From NCBI GenBank assembly GCA_036960405.1, contig JBALWS010000005.1:10137-74136 (forward strand): a DNA stretch of 64,000 nt. Direction: 5' to 3'. The position numbers and the translations under genes were made by a program. The notes beneath the pieces were generated by a model. It ran no database searches. It was given only the letters and a program-made list of their open reading frames with translations, and was not told the DNA's origin. This document shows, piece after piece, positions 28,544 to 40,173 of this stretch. Within the stretch, counting starts at the first letter, position 1. Each line of letters opens with the position of its first letter. The DNA comes from Halopseudomonas sp. Lineage in GTDB: Bacteria; Pseudomonadota; Gammaproteobacteria; Pseudomonadales; Balneatricaceae.

Positions 28544-29215
28544 CTAAAACGGACAGGGACAAACACCTTCGATCCGCTCGCCGCTGACAGGATGGTCAAA
28601 CTCAATCGATGTCGCATGCAGCATTAACCGCTTGGCCATAAAATACGCCTCGTCGCTGGCATACAGATCACAGCCCAAGATCGGATGGCCGATCTCACGG
28701 CTATGAATACGCAGTTGATGGGTCCGACCCGATAGCGGCTGAAACTGCACCCGTGTTGCCAACGGTTCTGCAATGCGTTCGATAACCCGATAGTTAGACC
28801 GCGCCTGTTTACCGGTCTCGTAGCAGATCTTTTGTAAGGGGAAATTGGGACGATCTTTGGCTATCGGCAAGTCGATACTGCCGCAGTTATCGCTCAGGTG
28901 GCCGTGTAACAACGCGGTGTAGGTTTTGTTTACGCTGCGGTCCTGAAACTGTTTGGTCAGGATAGCATTGGTCGGCTTATTCAACGCCACGATCAAGATA
29001 CCCGAGGTACCAAAATCCAACCGGTGGACCATCGTTGCGGTCGAAAAATCTTGCACTAAGCGGAAGTGAACCGAATCTTTATTGAGCGGATGCTTGCCCG
29101 ACAGACTCAACAAGCCACTGGGTTTATTGATCAGTAACAGCTCGTCATCTTGATACAGAATTTCGATCTGCTGGTCACAGAACGGGACGATAAAGGGGTC
29201 GGCTTGCGGTTGCAT
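28544..29215 (-). CDS. RluA family RNA pseudouridine synthase
   Basis: INKPSGLLS, VHRLDFGTSG (catalytic Asp), GRTHQLRIH, GHPILGCDLY, RLMLHA; start set at MQPQADP. Confidence 0.93.
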   Translation of the reverse strand: MQPQADPFIVPFCDQQIEILYQDDELLLINKPSGLLSLSGKHPLNKDSVHFRLVQDFSTATMVHRLDFGTSGILIVALNKPTNAILTKQFQDRSVNKTYTALLHGHLSDNCGSIDLPIAKDRPNFPLQKICYETGKQARSNYRVIERIAEPLATRVQFQPLSGRTHQLRIHSREIGHPILGCDLYASDEAYFMAKRLMLHATSIEFDHPVSGERIEGVCPCPF

Positions 29216-29276
29216 AGAGGTATATGGCCCGGAGACACTAACTGGGGTAAATTTTCGGAGCCTATCTTCAGCTAAA

Positions 29277-29972
29277 TCAGCGGCAACGACAATAGCGGCG
29301 TTCGGGTCGACCAACCGTGCCGTAGCTGATGTGCGCCTCGAGTTCCCGGGTGCTGATCATATACTCCAGGTAACGCCGAGCCGTAGTTCGACTGGCACCG
29401 ATGATGCCCCCTACCTCCTCCGCACTCAGGGGGCTCGATTGCTCGGCAAAGACACTACGAATCTTATCCAGCGTCAGTCCATCGATCCCTTTAGGCAGTC
29501 GATCCGGCTGACTAGCCTCGCCGCCAGGCTGCTGTGTTCTGGGCAACAGGGTATCGACATCGGTCTGGATCAACGACTCGAGTTGGCGGAGCTTGTTCAA
29601 GTGTTCGGCATAGTTATGCAGTGCACTTTGCAGACGTTCGAATACCAACGGCTTAAGAATGTAATCAAACACGCCGCCACGCAGCGCTTCACGCAGGGTT
29701 TCCACCTCGGTCGCCGCAGTAACCAGAATCACATCGGTACGGCTGTTCTGGGCCCGTAGGCGGCGTAGCAGATCTAGCCCGGTACCGGTCGGAAACTGGA
29801 TATCCAACAGCAGCAACTCGGGTTCGAGCACTTCGACCAAGTCCTGCGCCTCCTCCAAACCGTGCGCTACGCCGACCAGCTCCACACCCTCGATCCGTTC
29901 GAGAAAGCGTTTCTGAATCTCGGCGATGCGCACATCATCTTCTGCCACGACTACACGAATCGGTTCACTCAT
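29277..29972 (-). CDS. CitB/DpiA-family response regulator
   Basis: VAEDD, LLDIQFP, ILVTAA, DYILKP, C-terminal SRTTARRYLEY...YGTVGRPER. Confidence 0.93.
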   Translation of the reverse strand: MSEPIRVVVAEDDVRIAEIQKRFLERIEGVELVGVAHGLEEAQDLVEVLEPELLLLDIQFPTGTGLDLLRRLRAQNSRTDVILVTAATEVETLREALRGGVFDYILKPLVFERLQSALHNYAEHLNKLRQLESLIQTDVDTLLPRTQQPGGEASQPDRLPKGIDGLTLDKIRSVFAEQSSPLSAEEVGGIIGASRTTARRYLEYMISTRELEAHISYGTVGRPERRYCRCR

Positions 29973-29984
29973 CAGTACCCTACC

Positions 29985-31625
29985 CTAGTTATTCGACTCA
30001 ACAGCAACCGGTTTATCTGTTAGTAGCTTAGGGATATAAACAATAAAACGCGCGCCACCCTGATCGCCTGGCTCGACATCCACCGAGCCCCCGAGTCGCT
30101 GCAACAGGCTACGCACCAGGTGCAGCCCCAGCCCATGCCCCTGTTCTGCCTTACTGGTCACCCCTTTCTCGAAGATTCGTTGCTGCTCAGCTTTGGCAAC
30201 ACCCGCGCCTTGGTCTTCGATCTCAAAGATCAGATCATCGCCCAGATCGGTCATGGTCAAGCTGACCTCCCCTTGCGGGCCGGTATGTTTTAGCGTGGCT
30301 TCAAGCGCATTATCGATCAGGTTACCCAAGATACTGACTAGCTGCTCGCGCGGCAGCCGTTCGGGGAGCTCAACCATGCGACTATCGGGATCGATCAGCA
30401 ATGTCAGCCCCATTTCACGCGCACGATTGTATTTTCCGAGCAGGCACCCCGCCAAGATTGGATCGGGCACCGCCTCAAGCAATAGCTCAATCAACTGCTG
30501 GTGACGCTCGGTCTCTTGGCCGATCAAACTCAGCGCTTCATCGTTGGCACCGATCTGGATCAACCCGGCGATCGTATGCAGCTTGTTTGAGTACTCATGC
30601 GCCTGGCTACGCAAACTGTCAGCATATTGCTGGATTCGGGTCAGTTTTCGACTCACCAGATCCAGTTCATTTTTGCGCCGAAAGCTCGACACTACTCCAG
30701 TTATTTTATCCCCCTGTTTCAGCGGTAAACGGTTCACCACCAGATTGTAATCGTGCAGCCATACCTCCTGGTCAAACTGGGGTTGGCCGGTTTTGAGCAC
30801 CTCTAGCATGCCACTATCGGGTAGCACGTCTAGCAGTGCACTCCCGGTCAATTGGATATCGGGGGATAGTCCCAGAGTATCAATGGCGGTCCGGTTGAAG
30901 GTGGTAATTCGGCCGTCAGCATTGATCGCTATAATCCCCTCCCGAACCGACTCCAAGGTGGCGTTACGCTCTTCGAACAGCCGCCCAATCTGCTCTGGCT
31001 CCAGGCCAAAAATCGCTTTCTTGAAATGACTTGCAAACCACAGCGCCGTCAGCACACTGATCCCAAAGGCCGCTGCAATGACCAACAACAGCGTCATCCG
31101 ATAGCGATCGATGATCTGATCGACCCGATCCAGCATCAGCCCGACCGACACGATCCCAATCACCTGCTCGTCACTGACATCAAACACCGGTGCCTTACCC
31201 CGGACCGTGGCGCCGAGACTTCCGATAGCGGTTTGAACGTAAGGCTTACCGTACAGCAAGGCAGGTTCATTAAAGTCGCCGTCATCGTCGTGCATCGGTT
31301 TCCCGATCCGTGCAACGGTTGGATGCGCTAGCCGCACCCCAAGTTTGTCACCGATCACGACAAAGCGCGCCTGGGTTTTATCCGCTAAAGCCAAACTCAA
31401 CGGCTGCAAAAAAACAGAATCACGGCGTTCGACAGCAGCGATAATTTCCGGCATCGCAGCGATCGTCTTGGCTACATGCAAGGCACGTTGGGCCATCTGT
31501 TCATTGAGCGAGTGGCCTAGAAATTTCAGCGCAAACAGCCCAACCAGCCCCGTCTGCAGCAAGGCCATCAGCCCCAAAATCAACACCATTCTGGGCTTGA
31601 GCTTCAAACGACGAAGAGAGATCAC
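29985..31625 (-). CDS. CitA/DpiB-family sensor histidine kinase
   Basis: Two TMs with Cache-type periplasmic domain (RLAHP), PAS, H-box QAHEYSNKLH, GNLIDNA, EDQGAG, GHGLGL. Confidence 0.93.
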   Translation of the reverse strand: MISLRRLKLKPRMVLILGLMALLQTGLVGLFALKFLGHSLNEQMAQRALHVAKTIAAMPEIIAAVERRDSVFLQPLSLALADKTQARFVVIGDKLGVRLAHPTVARIGKPMHDDDGDFNEPALLYGKPYVQTAIGSLGATVRGKAPVFDVSDEQVIGIVSVGLMLDRVDQIIDRYRMTLLLVIAAAFGISVLTALWFASHFKKAIFGLEPEQIGRLFEERNATLESVREGIIAINADGRITTFNRTAIDTLGLSPDIQLTGSALLDVLPDSGMLEVLKTGQPQFDQEVWLHDYNLVVNRLPLKQGDKITGVVSSFRRKNELDLVSRKLTRIQQYADSLRSQAHEYSNKLHTIAGLIQIGANDEALSLIGQETERHQQLIELLLEAVPDPILAGCLLGKYNRAREMGLTLLIDPDSRMVELPERLPREQLVSILGNLIDNALEATLKHTGPQGEVSLTMTDLGDDLIFEIEDQGAGVAKAEQQRIFEKGVTSKAEQGHGLGLHLVRSLLQRLGGSVDVEPGDQGGARFIVYIPKLLTDKPVAVESNN

Positions 31626-31847
31626 CGCCTCGGCTTCCGTTTAATCATCCACATCATGACCTCTAAGTATTGGCACCGGTTGTTCCATCATAGTACCGAA
31701 TCCGGCTCGGCCACTTCCGTGAACAGTATGAACAAAATGATTTTTATGGAATAAAAACCCTTTAGATTCATAATCTTCAATAAACCACCGCTGCAAACTA
31801 AGGTAATACCCAGTGCAACCCAATACAACAACAATGAGGTTACAACC

Positions 31848-32837
31848 ATGCTATCCCAGCTTATTGCCCGCAAGCGCAGCTCGCTACTTGCCGCCACCTT
31901 TGCCACCTGCCTGACGGCCGGTGCATCCCTCAATGCGATGGCGGTAGAATCCGTACACTTCCTGATCCCCGGCGGTGCCGGTGGTGGTTGGGACGGCACT
32001 GCACGCGGCACCGGTGAAGCCCTGTCCAAATCAGGCCTGATCAGCAAAGTATCATACGAGAACATGTCCGGTGGCGGCGGCGGTAAAGCGATCGCCCACC
32101 TGATCGAAACTGCCGGTCAGAAGAAAGATACGTTGATGGTCAACTCGACCCCAATCGTGATCCGCTCGCTAACCAAGGTATTCCCACAGTCGTTCCGCGA
32201 CCTAACCCCAATCGCCGCGACTATCGGTGATTACGGTGCATTCGTAGTCAAAAACGACTCCAAGTACACCGATTTCAAACAGGTGGTTGCCGATTATAAA
32301 AAGGACAACAAGTCGGTCAAGATCGCCGGCGGTTCAGCACGCGGTAGCATGGACCACCTGGTTGCTGCGATGGCGTTCAAGGCCGCCGGTGGCGAACCCA
32401 CCAAGGTTCGCTACGTCGCCTACGATGCTGGTGGTAAAGCGATGGCCGGTCTGCTGTCGGGCGAAACTCAACTGCTGTCGACCGGATTCAGCGAAGCGCT
32501 AGCACTGGCCGAAGCCGGTGAAGTTCGGATTCTGGTGATGACCGGTGAAGAGCGCTCTGCCGCAGCACCCGAAGTCCCTACGTTGAAAGAGCTGGGTTAC
32601 GATACCACCTTCGTCAACTGGCGCGGATTTTTCGCTGCACCCGGCGTGTCTGACAGCGAAGCACAAGCCTACGCCGACATGCTGGAGAAGATGTACGCCA
32701 CGTCAGAGTGGGCTACCGTACGCGACCGCAACGGCTGGTCCGAGATCTTCAAGCCACGCGACCAGTTTGTCGCCTTCCTGGAGCAGCAGGAGCAGATCGT
32801 CGGCGACCTGATGCGCGAACTCGGCTTTCTCAAGTAA
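31848..32837 (+). CDS. tctC: Tripartite tricarboxylate transporter substrate-binding protein
   Basis: PGGAGGGWDGTAR, ENMSGGGG, GGSARGSMDHL, NWRGFFAAPG. Confidence 0.93.
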   Translation: MLSQLIARKRSSLLAATFATCLTAGASLNAMAVESVHFLIPGGAGGGWDGTARGTGEALSKSGLISKVSYENMSGGGGGKAIAHLIETAGQKKDTLMVNSTPIVIRSLTKVFPQSFRDLTPIAATIGDYGAFVVKNDSKYTDFKQVVADYKKDNKSVKIAGGSARGSMDHLVAAMAFKAAGGEPTKVRYVAYDAGGKAMAGLLSGETQLLSTGFSEALALAEAGEVRILVMTGEERSAAAPEVPTLKELGYDTTFVNWRGFFAAPGVSDSEAQAYADMLEKMYATSEWATVRDRNGWSEIFKPRDQFVAFLEQQEQIVGDLMRELGFLK

Positions 32838-32971
32838 GCCGCCAACAGTTCCATTCCCCCAAAGGAGTCAGGCCGGTTGGCAAGGTTCCTTTCTGATCCA
32901 ACACAGGCTTTGCTAGGCGCTCATGCATAGCAACAAGCTATGACGTTTCTCAGCACTTCATAGGTGAACGC

Positions 32972-33445
32972 ATGACCATCACCAAGAACCACATCGGCGG
33001 GCTGATATTTTTATGTCTGTCTATCGCCTACGGTTACTACGGCCAGCAGATCCCGCTGCTGCCCGGCGACGAATTCGAGGCATTTCACGCCCGTTCGCTA
33101 CCCACAACGCTAGCTGTTCTCGGCACCCTGCTATCGATCGCCTTGTTGGTGACCTCGCGCTTCGACCCCAAGCAGAAATTGCGGCTTGAAGGCTATGACT
33201 TCGCGCTGGTCGCCAAACTACTGGTCTTAGTGATGCTGTTTGCCGTCGCGCTGGAGTGGGTCGGATTTCTGGTTGCCACCATATTCTTCCTGATCGGCGG
33301 TTACTGGCTGCTGGGCGTGCGCAGTATCAAGATGCTGCTGGTCGCCTCGATCCCGTTTGCCATATTCCTGTGGTTCGCCTTGTCGCAACTGCTCGATGTT
33401 TACCTGGCACCGGGCAAATTATTCAGCGCTGTTTTCGGAGGTTAA
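32972..33445 (+). CDS. tctB: Tripartite tricarboxylate transporter small subunit
   Basis: Four TM helices between tctC and tctA; LEWVGFLVAT. Confidence 0.9.
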   Translation: MTITKNHIGGLIFLCLSIAYGYYGQQIPLLPGDEFEAFHARSLPTTLAVLGTLLSIALLVTSRFDPKQKLRLEGYDFALVAKLLVLVMLFAVALEWVGFLVATIFFLIGGYWLLGVRSIKMLLVASIPFAIFLWFALSQLLDVYLAPGKLFSAVFGG

Positions 33446-33534
33446 GGCTATGCGGAACTGTATTTCAAACAACAGCTGGAACGGCCTTGCCACGATAGTG
33501 ATAACTTTTAATCCGATGATGCGAGGTTAACGAC

Positions 33535-35076
33535 ATGTGGGACGGAATTTGGACGGGGCTCGCCACTGCGGTGATGCCCTTTAACTTAATGATGGTGGTA
33601 GTCGGCTGTTTCGCCGGTACCTTCATCGGCATGCTGCCCGGACTCGGGCCAATCTCAGCCGTGGCGCTGATGATCCCGATCACCTACGGCCTCGACCCTT
33701 CGTCGGGCATCATCCTGATGGCTGGTGTTTATTACGGCGCAGTCTTCGGTGGCTCTACCTCATCGATCCTGATCAACGCCCCCGGTTGCGCCAGTACTGT
33801 GGTAACCGCGTTTGACGGCTATCCGCTGGCACAGCAAAAGCAAGCTGGCAAAGCGTTGGCGTTGGCGGCTTACTCGTCATTTACCGGCGGCACTATCGGC
33901 GCCATCATCCTGCTATTCGCCGCCCCGGCTTTAGCGTCGGTATCGCTCAGCTTCCAATCCAGTGATTACTTCGCGCTGATGGTAATGGGTCTGACCGCGG
34001 TGGCAGCGTTCTCCGGCAAGGGCCAAGTGATCAAGGCGCTGATGATGACCGTATTCGGGCTGATGATCGCCACCGTCGGCGTCGATGTCATGTCGGGTAC
34101 GCCGCGCTTTACCTTCGGGGCGGTCGATCTGATCGACGGCGTCAGTTTCCTGTTACTCGCAATGGCGACCTTCGCTCTGGCCGAGGTGGTGATGACCGTG
34201 CTCAACGGTCAGCACAAACAGAAAGAGGTGGATATGGATATGGCCGCGCTCGGCAGCATGAAGCTGAGCAAGGAGGAGGTGAAACACGTCGCCCCCACCA
34301 TCGCCCGCTCGTCGGTATTCGGCTTTATCGTCGGTGTTTTACCCGGTGCTGGCGCCACCATCGCCTCGTTCCTGGCTTACGGATTGGAACGTAACCTGTC
34401 CTCAGCCAAAGAGAAACTCAAGTTCGGCAAGGGCGCTTTGCGCGGTCTGGCGGCGCCCGAGTCGGCCAACAACGCCGCCTCGACCGGCTCGTTCGTACCA
34501 CTACTGACTCTTGGTATTCCCGGCTCGGGCACCACCGCGATCATGCTCGGCGCACTGATCGCCTACGGTATCCAGCCCGGTCCACGGTTGTTTATCGACA
34601 ACCCAGATGTGTTTTGGTCGGTGATCATCTCGATGTATTTCGGCAACTTGGTACTGCTGATTTTGAACCTGCCGTTGATTCCGTATATCTCGCGCTTGTT
34701 GGCGATCCCCCGACCGATCCTGATTCCGCTGATCCTGTTCTTCTCGATCACCGGCGTCTATCTGGTCAGTTTTAACACCTTCGACATTCACATGATGGTG
34801 CTGATCACGGTGATCGCAATCTTCCTTAAACTGCTCGATTTCCCGATGGCACCGATGCTACTCGGCTTTATCCTCGGCGGCATCATGGAGAAGAACCTCA
34901 GCCGTGCGCTGACGATTTCCGATGGCAGCTTCGCCTTCCTGTGGGAACGGCCACTGACGCTGACGATCATGCTGATCACGATCTTTATGCTGCTGTTACC
35001 GCTGCTGGGTGTATTGAAGCGAAAGGTCTACCCGCCCAAAGGACCCGAGACTGCGGTTAATGAGGGAGAGGGGTAA
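33535..35076 (+). CDS. tctA: Tripartite tricarboxylate transporter large subunit
   Basis: [42 protein letters not shown]. Confidence 0.95.
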   Translation: MWDGIWTGLATAVMPFNLMMVVVGCFAGTFIGMLPGLGPISAVALMIPITYGLDPSSGIILMAGVYYGAVFGGSTSSILINAPGCASTVVTAFDGYPLAQQKQAGKALALAAYSSFTGGTIGAIILLFAAPALASVSLSFQSSDYFALMVMGLTAVAAFSGKGQVIKALMMTVFGLMIATVGVDVMSGTPRFTFGAVDLIDGVSFLLLAMATFALAEVVMTVLNGQHKQKEVDMDMAALGSMKLSKEEVKHVAPTIARSSVFGFIVGVLPGAGATIASFLAYGLERNLSSAKEKLKFGKGALRGLAAPESANNAASTGSFVPLLTLGIPGSGTTAIMLGALIAYGIQPGPRLFIDNPDVFWSVIISMYFGNLVLLILNLPLIPYISRLLAIPRPILIPLILFFSITGVYLVSFNTFDIHMMVLITVIAIFLKLLDFPMAPMLLGFILGGIMEKNLSRALTISDGSFAFLWERPLTLTIMLITIFMLLLPLLGVLKRKVYPPKGPETAVNEGEG

Positions 35077-35096
35077 CCAATAGTTTGCTAGATGAT

Positions 35097-35115
35097 CCCC
35101 CGGCTATAGCCGGGG
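35097..35115 (+). terminator. Hairpin after tctA
   Basis: CCCCGGC-TATA-GCCGGGG. Confidence 0.55.
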
Positions 35116-35251
35116 TGATTGGTTTAACAAAGAAGGCTGCTAACCCTCTCGACCACCTCGCCCTGCAGAACATCTCAATCATAAGAAACACAAGCAGCTA
35201 CGCTACACTCAGCAAACATTCTTATTTCCAGCAAAACCTGAGAAGTACCGC

Positions 35252-35965
35252 ATGAGCACCGTAACCAACGCTGGCGCCCTGATTCGACAAGTCTTAGTAC
35301 GATTGACACTGTCGCTACTATTCATCAGCCACGCCGCCCACAGCGCCAGCTCGGATTTCGATCTGCTATTAACGACTGCTCTAACGCACGACCGAACCGC
35401 TCTGCAACAACACCTCGCCGATGGCAACAGCCTCGATCTGCATGACGCCAGAGGGCGTTCGCTGGTACTGCGGGTGACGATGAAAAACGATATGAAGGCA
35501 CTGCAGTTATTGATCGAACTCGGTGCCGATGTCGATTATTTCAACCCAGCTCTCGCTGCCGGCGTGATCGATCAGACCGCGTTTTTGTATGCGGGTGCCA
35601 AGGGGGTGAACCCGGCCTTACAACTACTGATCGACGCCGGTGCCCGTGCCGACATCTATAATTACTACGGTGGTACAGCACTGATCCCAGCGGCAGAAAA
35701 AGGTCATATTGCGACGGTCAAGCTGCTACTGGAAAAATCACAGGTCGATATCAACCATGTTAATAACCTGGGCTGGACCGCACTGATGGAAGCGGTACTG
35801 TTATCCGACGGAGGCCCACAGCACCAGCAAATTATCGCATTGCTGCTTGCACACGGAGCTGATCCCAACATCACCGATCTTGACGGAATTTCAGCCCTCC
35901 AACACGCCCAGAATAAAGGCTATCGAAAAATTGTGGAACTGCTGCAGCAGCAACAACAACACTGA
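35252..35965 (+). CDS. Ankyrin repeat protein (YahD-like) with putative signal peptide
   Basis: GRSLVL, QTAFLYAGAKG, GGTALIPAAEKGH, GWTALMEAV, GISALQHA repeats. Confidence 0.9.
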   Translation: MSTVTNAGALIRQVLVRLTLSLLFISHAAHSASSDFDLLLTTALTHDRTALQQHLADGNSLDLHDARGRSLVLRVTMKNDMKALQLLIELGADVDYFNPALAAGVIDQTAFLYAGAKGVNPALQLLIDAGARADIYNYYGGTALIPAAEKGHIATVKLLLEKSQVDINHVNNLGWTALMEAVLLSDGGPQHQQIIALLLAHGADPNITDLDGISALQHAQNKGYRKIVELLQQQQQH

Positions 35966-36358
35966 AACCTGTCGAGGCCGCGTACAACAGTCGTGCTAGC
36001 CACGAACTATCCGCAGTTGAAGGTCTGGCGCCAAGCCGATGGTGATACCCCGAACGCTTTGCCGAAGTGATGGGACTACCGACCTGCGAGCAACCGCAGT
36101 GGCTGACTCCGCACCGTACTACTGACGCAACAGATATCAGCAGCAATCGATTCCTACGGCAGTCCCGGCTGAGGTCTGCACCTGGCCACCTGCTATGTCA
36201 GTCGTCTGGATTCAATTGCACACGGGATAGCGATGATTCACAACATTGCACTCAACGCGCTCACGACCCGAGCTGGCGTTGATTTCAAGCAGCGAAGTGC
36301 ATTAAAAAAGCGGGAGGATTGAAACGCGAGAGAGGGCCGTAGCCCTCTATCATCATGA

Positions 36359-38344
36359 CTAGGCGGATTTAAAGGTGCTGGTGATACTGCTTAGGCTCGA
36401 TACCATCTGCGAGAGATCATCGCTTATCTGTTCGGACTCGATCACTCCCTGCTCGGTTTCAAGCAGCAGGGTCTCGATCTGATGCAGGCTGCTAGTAATT
36501 TGCTGGGCCGCGCTCTGCTGCTGACCTGTTCCCTGGGCGATCTGATCGTTGCCTTCGGATATCTGGATCACCAATGCGGTAATCTGCAGCAAAGCTTGGT
36601 GGACCGTCTCCGCGGCTTGACGCGACTCACCGCTACGCGACGACATCGCGGTGATACTATCCACCGCCTGCTGGGTACTGCTTGATAGCTGTGCAAGCTG
36701 TTTCTCGACTTGTTGAGTCGACCCCTGGGTCTTGGCCGCCAGGGCTCTAACCTCATCGGCGACCACTGCAAACCCTCGACCCTGCTCACCGGCACGCGCC
36801 GCTTCGATCGCGGCGTTAAGCGCCAGTAAATTAGTCTGCTCGGCGATATCGCCGATCACCGACAACACCTGATGGATCTGCTCGGCAGCGTTGTTAAGTT
36901 GAGACATTTTCTCGCTGGCTTGAACCGCAGACTCACTGACGAGATTGCTTGCCCGCAAGCTCGACTGCACCACAGGGGCGCAGTCATTGACCAAAGTACT
37001 GGCCTCATTGGCCGCTTGCTGGGTATGTTGCGCCGAGCCGGCCATCGATTCACTTTGCGATTCCAATTCGGTCAGCGCTTGCTGAATCTGACCAATACCT
37101 TGTTTCAATTGGCCGGTATTCTGATGATCTCGGCGGCTGCTTTCGGTCATATGCTGACCGGCACCATTCAACAACTCAACTTGCTGATCGACCTGGGCAA
37201 CCACCTGTTCGATATTGGCGGCAAAGCTATTGAAGTCTGCAGAGATCTGGCCCAACTCATCTTTACCGTCGGCCTGCAAACGCAACCGCAAATCACCTTT
37301 ACGGGAGATACCTCGCATCGCCTGGTACAGAGCAATAATACGCTTACCCAGCAGCTGCCGCGCCAGCATGCCTAATACTACTAACATGCCGACCATCACC
37401 AACATCAGGCTCAGTATTCGCTGCTGCACCGAGCCCAACACATCCTGGCGCTGGATTTGGGCTTGCTCGGTCTGGCTACCGACCTGTTTGGACTGTTCAT
37501 CGACCTGTTGTAACTGAGCAGAGATCTGTTGCTGCCGTGCCACCAGTGATTGGCCTTGAGTGGTTATCTCGGCAACCCCCGCCAGCGCGGTGTTGGCATG
37601 CGCCGCCGCAGGGCCTTGCACCTTGGCCATCAGCAAGCCGATACGATCCGTTTGCAACCCCTGATAGCGCTCTAGCCGAAGGCCGATACGGTGATCGGTC
37701 AGGTCGTACTTAATATAAGCTTTACGCAACCCCTTCACCGCACTTGCCAAAGAGCGATCAAAGCGCTTGAGTTTATCCTGCGCAGCTTGATCCAGACCGG
37801 CCAAGGCGATGATCGAGTCAAGCTTGCGAGCGCCCTGCTGCTGGGCCTGCTCTAGCTCTTTGAGCAGGTAATCGATCTTGAGTTTGTCGTTAAATACGCG
37901 TAGTTGCTTGTTCACCTCATCGGGCGTCAAGCCCTGTTTATCCAGGGTCTGACGTTGTTTATCCGATTGCGGTTTGACCGCGACTGGCAGTGCTGGATCC
38001 AGCACCCCCTCACTCAGAGTCTCGGCTAATTGCTTCTCATGCGAAGCAAATGCCATCACTTCGTTAAGAAGCCGAAAGCCTTTGCTTTCCAGAGCATTGA
38101 TCGCTTGCTCGTAGGCGGTTCCCAATTCGGTGTAGCGATGCAGCAGCTGCTGGGTTTCAGCGATCGATTCGCTACGCTGCTGTTCCAAGCCAGCACGCTG
38201 CTGGGCCAATTCAATATCATGTTTGATCAACACCTCAAGCGAGGCATTGGCCTGAAAGATCAACCACCCAAAAATCAGCAAGACCGATAACACCAGCGTG
38301 GCAATTAGTATCCCCAAGCGCTTGAGTCCAAGATCCTTCAACAT
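36359..38344 (-). CDS. Methyl-accepting chemotaxis protein
   Basis: Two TMs, HAMP (GKDELG), signalling hairpin [34 protein letters not shown]. Confidence 0.96.
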   Translation of the reverse strand: MLKDLGLKRLGILIATLVLSVLLIFGWLIFQANASLEVLIKHDIELAQQRAGLEQQRSESIAETQQLLHRYTELGTAYEQAINALESKGFRLLNEVMAFASHEKQLAETLSEGVLDPALPVAVKPQSDKQRQTLDKQGLTPDEVNKQLRVFNDKLKIDYLLKELEQAQQQGARKLDSIIALAGLDQAAQDKLKRFDRSLASAVKGLRKAYIKYDLTDHRIGLRLERYQGLQTDRIGLLMAKVQGPAAAHANTALAGVAEITTQGQSLVARQQQISAQLQQVDEQSKQVGSQTEQAQIQRQDVLGSVQQRILSLMLVMVGMLVVLGMLARQLLGKRIIALYQAMRGISRKGDLRLRLQADGKDELGQISADFNSFAANIEQVVAQVDQQVELLNGAGQHMTESSRRDHQNTGQLKQGIGQIQQALTELESQSESMAGSAQHTQQAANEASTLVNDCAPVVQSSLRASNLVSESAVQASEKMSQLNNAAEQIHQVLSVIGDIAEQTNLLALNAAIEAARAGEQGRGFAVVADEVRALAAKTQGSTQQVEKQLAQLSSSTQQAVDSITAMSSRSGESRQAAETVHQALLQITALVIQISEGNDQIAQGTGQQQSAAQQITSSLHQIETLLLETEQGVIESEQISDDLSQMVSSLSSITSTFKSA

Positions 38345-38600
38345 GACGTCAACTCCATAAATGACATGCCGACGATACTAACAGCTTCGATGGTAGCTAC
38401 AACCGCCTTCTCCAATATTCGTATGTGCTTATATTGATTAGAAAAACTGATAATAAAACTGTGGTATTTTTTCCGATACGCTAGGCTATTGAAGTGGCGA
38501 TAAAAACAGCGATTCATCGGCTCGGTCTATTCCTATAACACGCACTTGATGAGCCGTAATCACCCATAATTAATGTCACAAAATGTTGTAGACAGACTCT

Positions 38601-40157
38601 TTGACAGCACAGGATCATGCCCACATGCAGGATACCCCTCCCCTCGCATCACGTACTCTCGAAGGCAGCGGCGAACTCGATAACCTTTCGACCCAATATG
38701 CGGCGATTGATCTGGGGTCGAACAGCTTTCATCTGATCGTCGCCCGGCTGGTACAGGACGAGTTGCAACCGATCGATAGGATGGGAGAAAAGGTGCAGCT
38801 AGCAGCAGGACTCGATCCACACCACCAGCTGAGCGAGCAAGCCCAGGCGCGCGGCATGGCCTGCCTGGAACGATTGGCCCAGCGCATTGCCGGCATCCCC
38901 CGCGAACAGGTCCGCATCGTAGGCACCAACACCCTGCGCGCCGCCTACAACCGGATGGCGTTTATCGAACCCGCTGAAGCGCTGCTGGAGTGCCCAGTCG
39001 AGATCATCTCCGGCAGAGAAGAGGCACGGCTGGTCTATCTAGGTGTAGCTCACTCGCAAGCCGACGATGTCGATAGACGCCTGGTGATCGATATTGGTGG
39101 CGGCAGCACCGAGCTGATCATCGGCGAACGCTTTTCACCGATCGAACTCGAAAGCCTGCACATGGGCTGCGTCTCCTACACCCAGCGTTACTTCGCCAAC
39201 GGCAAACTCACCCCAAAAAACTTCAAAAAAGCGATCAACGCTGCCCAGCTCGAACTGCTGAGCATCCGTAAACGTTACCGTAAGATCGGCTGGCAGGACG
39301 CGATCGGCTCTTCGGGCACTGCCAAAGCGCTGCTGCGATTGTGCCAATTCGACCCAACCGGACCGCAGCATCTATCCCTGCTCAATCTGTACAAGTTAAA
39401 AGAGATATTGCTCGAATTTGGCAGTGTCGAGGCGATTGAGTTCGAGCAGCTCAAACCCGAGCGCGCTCGCGTGCTACCCGGCGGGCTAGCCATCTTGATT
39501 GCGGTGTTCGAATCGCTGCAGATCGATACCCTGCGCTTCTCCGACGGAGCACTGCGCGAAGGCTTGCTGTACGACATGGTCGGCCGTCGCCAGCACGAAG
39601 ATGTGCGCGAGCGGACCATCAATGCATTAATGCAGCGTTATCACATCGATACCGAACACGCCGAATCGGTCGAGCAAACCGCCTTGGCATGCCTCGAGCA
39701 AACGCCGTTTTCCAGCGACAAATACCGCCACCTGATCAGCTGGGCAGCGCGCCTGCACGAGATCGGTTTATCGATCTCGCATAGCCAGTTCCAAAAGCAT
39801 GGCGCCTATCTTGTCGAACACTCCGATCTGATGGGTTTCAGCCAAAGCGAACAGTTACAGTTGGCGCTGCTGGTTCGCGGTCACCGGCGAAAACTGCCGC
39901 TAGTCGAGTTGGAAGCGTTCAGACCGATGCGGCGTCAGGTATTGCTGGCGTTGTGCATGGTGCTGCGATTGGCGGTGCTGCTCAACCAAAGCCGCTTGGC
40001 CGAGCAGGTACCGCAGTTGAAACTCCAATACAAAGAGGAGCAACTCAAATTGATATTTCCGATCGCTTGGCTCGACGATCATCCACTGACGCTAACCAAA
40101 CTAGAACAAGAGGCCGAGTATCTTGACGCGGTCGATTACAGGCTGAAGTTCAAATAG
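38601..40157 (+). CDS. ppx: Exopolyphosphatase Ppx/GppA
   Basis: AIDLGSNSFH, VGTNTLR, ISGREEARL, DIGGGSTE, ALREGLLY, HD-like LHEIG. Confidence 0.95.
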   Translation: MTAQDHAHMQDTPPLASRTLEGSGELDNLSTQYAAIDLGSNSFHLIVARLVQDELQPIDRMGEKVQLAAGLDPHHQLSEQAQARGMACLERLAQRIAGIPREQVRIVGTNTLRAAYNRMAFIEPAEALLECPVEIISGREEARLVYLGVAHSQADDVDRRLVIDIGGGSTELIIGERFSPIELESLHMGCVSYTQRYFANGKLTPKNFKKAINAAQLELLSIRKRYRKIGWQDAIGSSGTAKALLRLCQFDPTGPQHLSLLNLYKLKEILLEFGSVEAIEFEQLKPERARVLPGGLAILIAVFESLQIDTLRFSDGALREGLLYDMVGRRQHEDVRERTINALMQRYHIDTEHAESVEQTALACLEQTPFSSDKYRHLISWAARLHEIGLSISHSQFQKHGAYLVEHSDLMGFSQSEQLQLALLVRGHRRKLPLVELEAFRPMRRQVLLALCMVLRLAVLLNQSRLAEQVPQLKLQYKEEQLKLIFPIAWLDDHPLTLTKLEQEAEYLDAVDYRLKFK

Positions 40158-40173
40158 CCTTTAACCGCTGCTT

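Noticed and set aside
31720-31740. TGAACA direct repeats upstream of tctC as the response-regulator site
   Set aside because: Only two 6-mers at a 9-bp period in AT-rich DNA; too weak to call without conservation data
35966-36358. 390-bp spacer between ankyrin and MCP genes as a pseudogene or small gene
   Set aside because: Frames I translated are interrupted by stops or lack an SD and recognisable motifs; no repeat structure found
38560-38600. PHO boxes upstream of ppx (and at 55849 near Na/Pi)
   Set aside because: Only single CTGTCAT-like half sites; no second half at the 11-bp period
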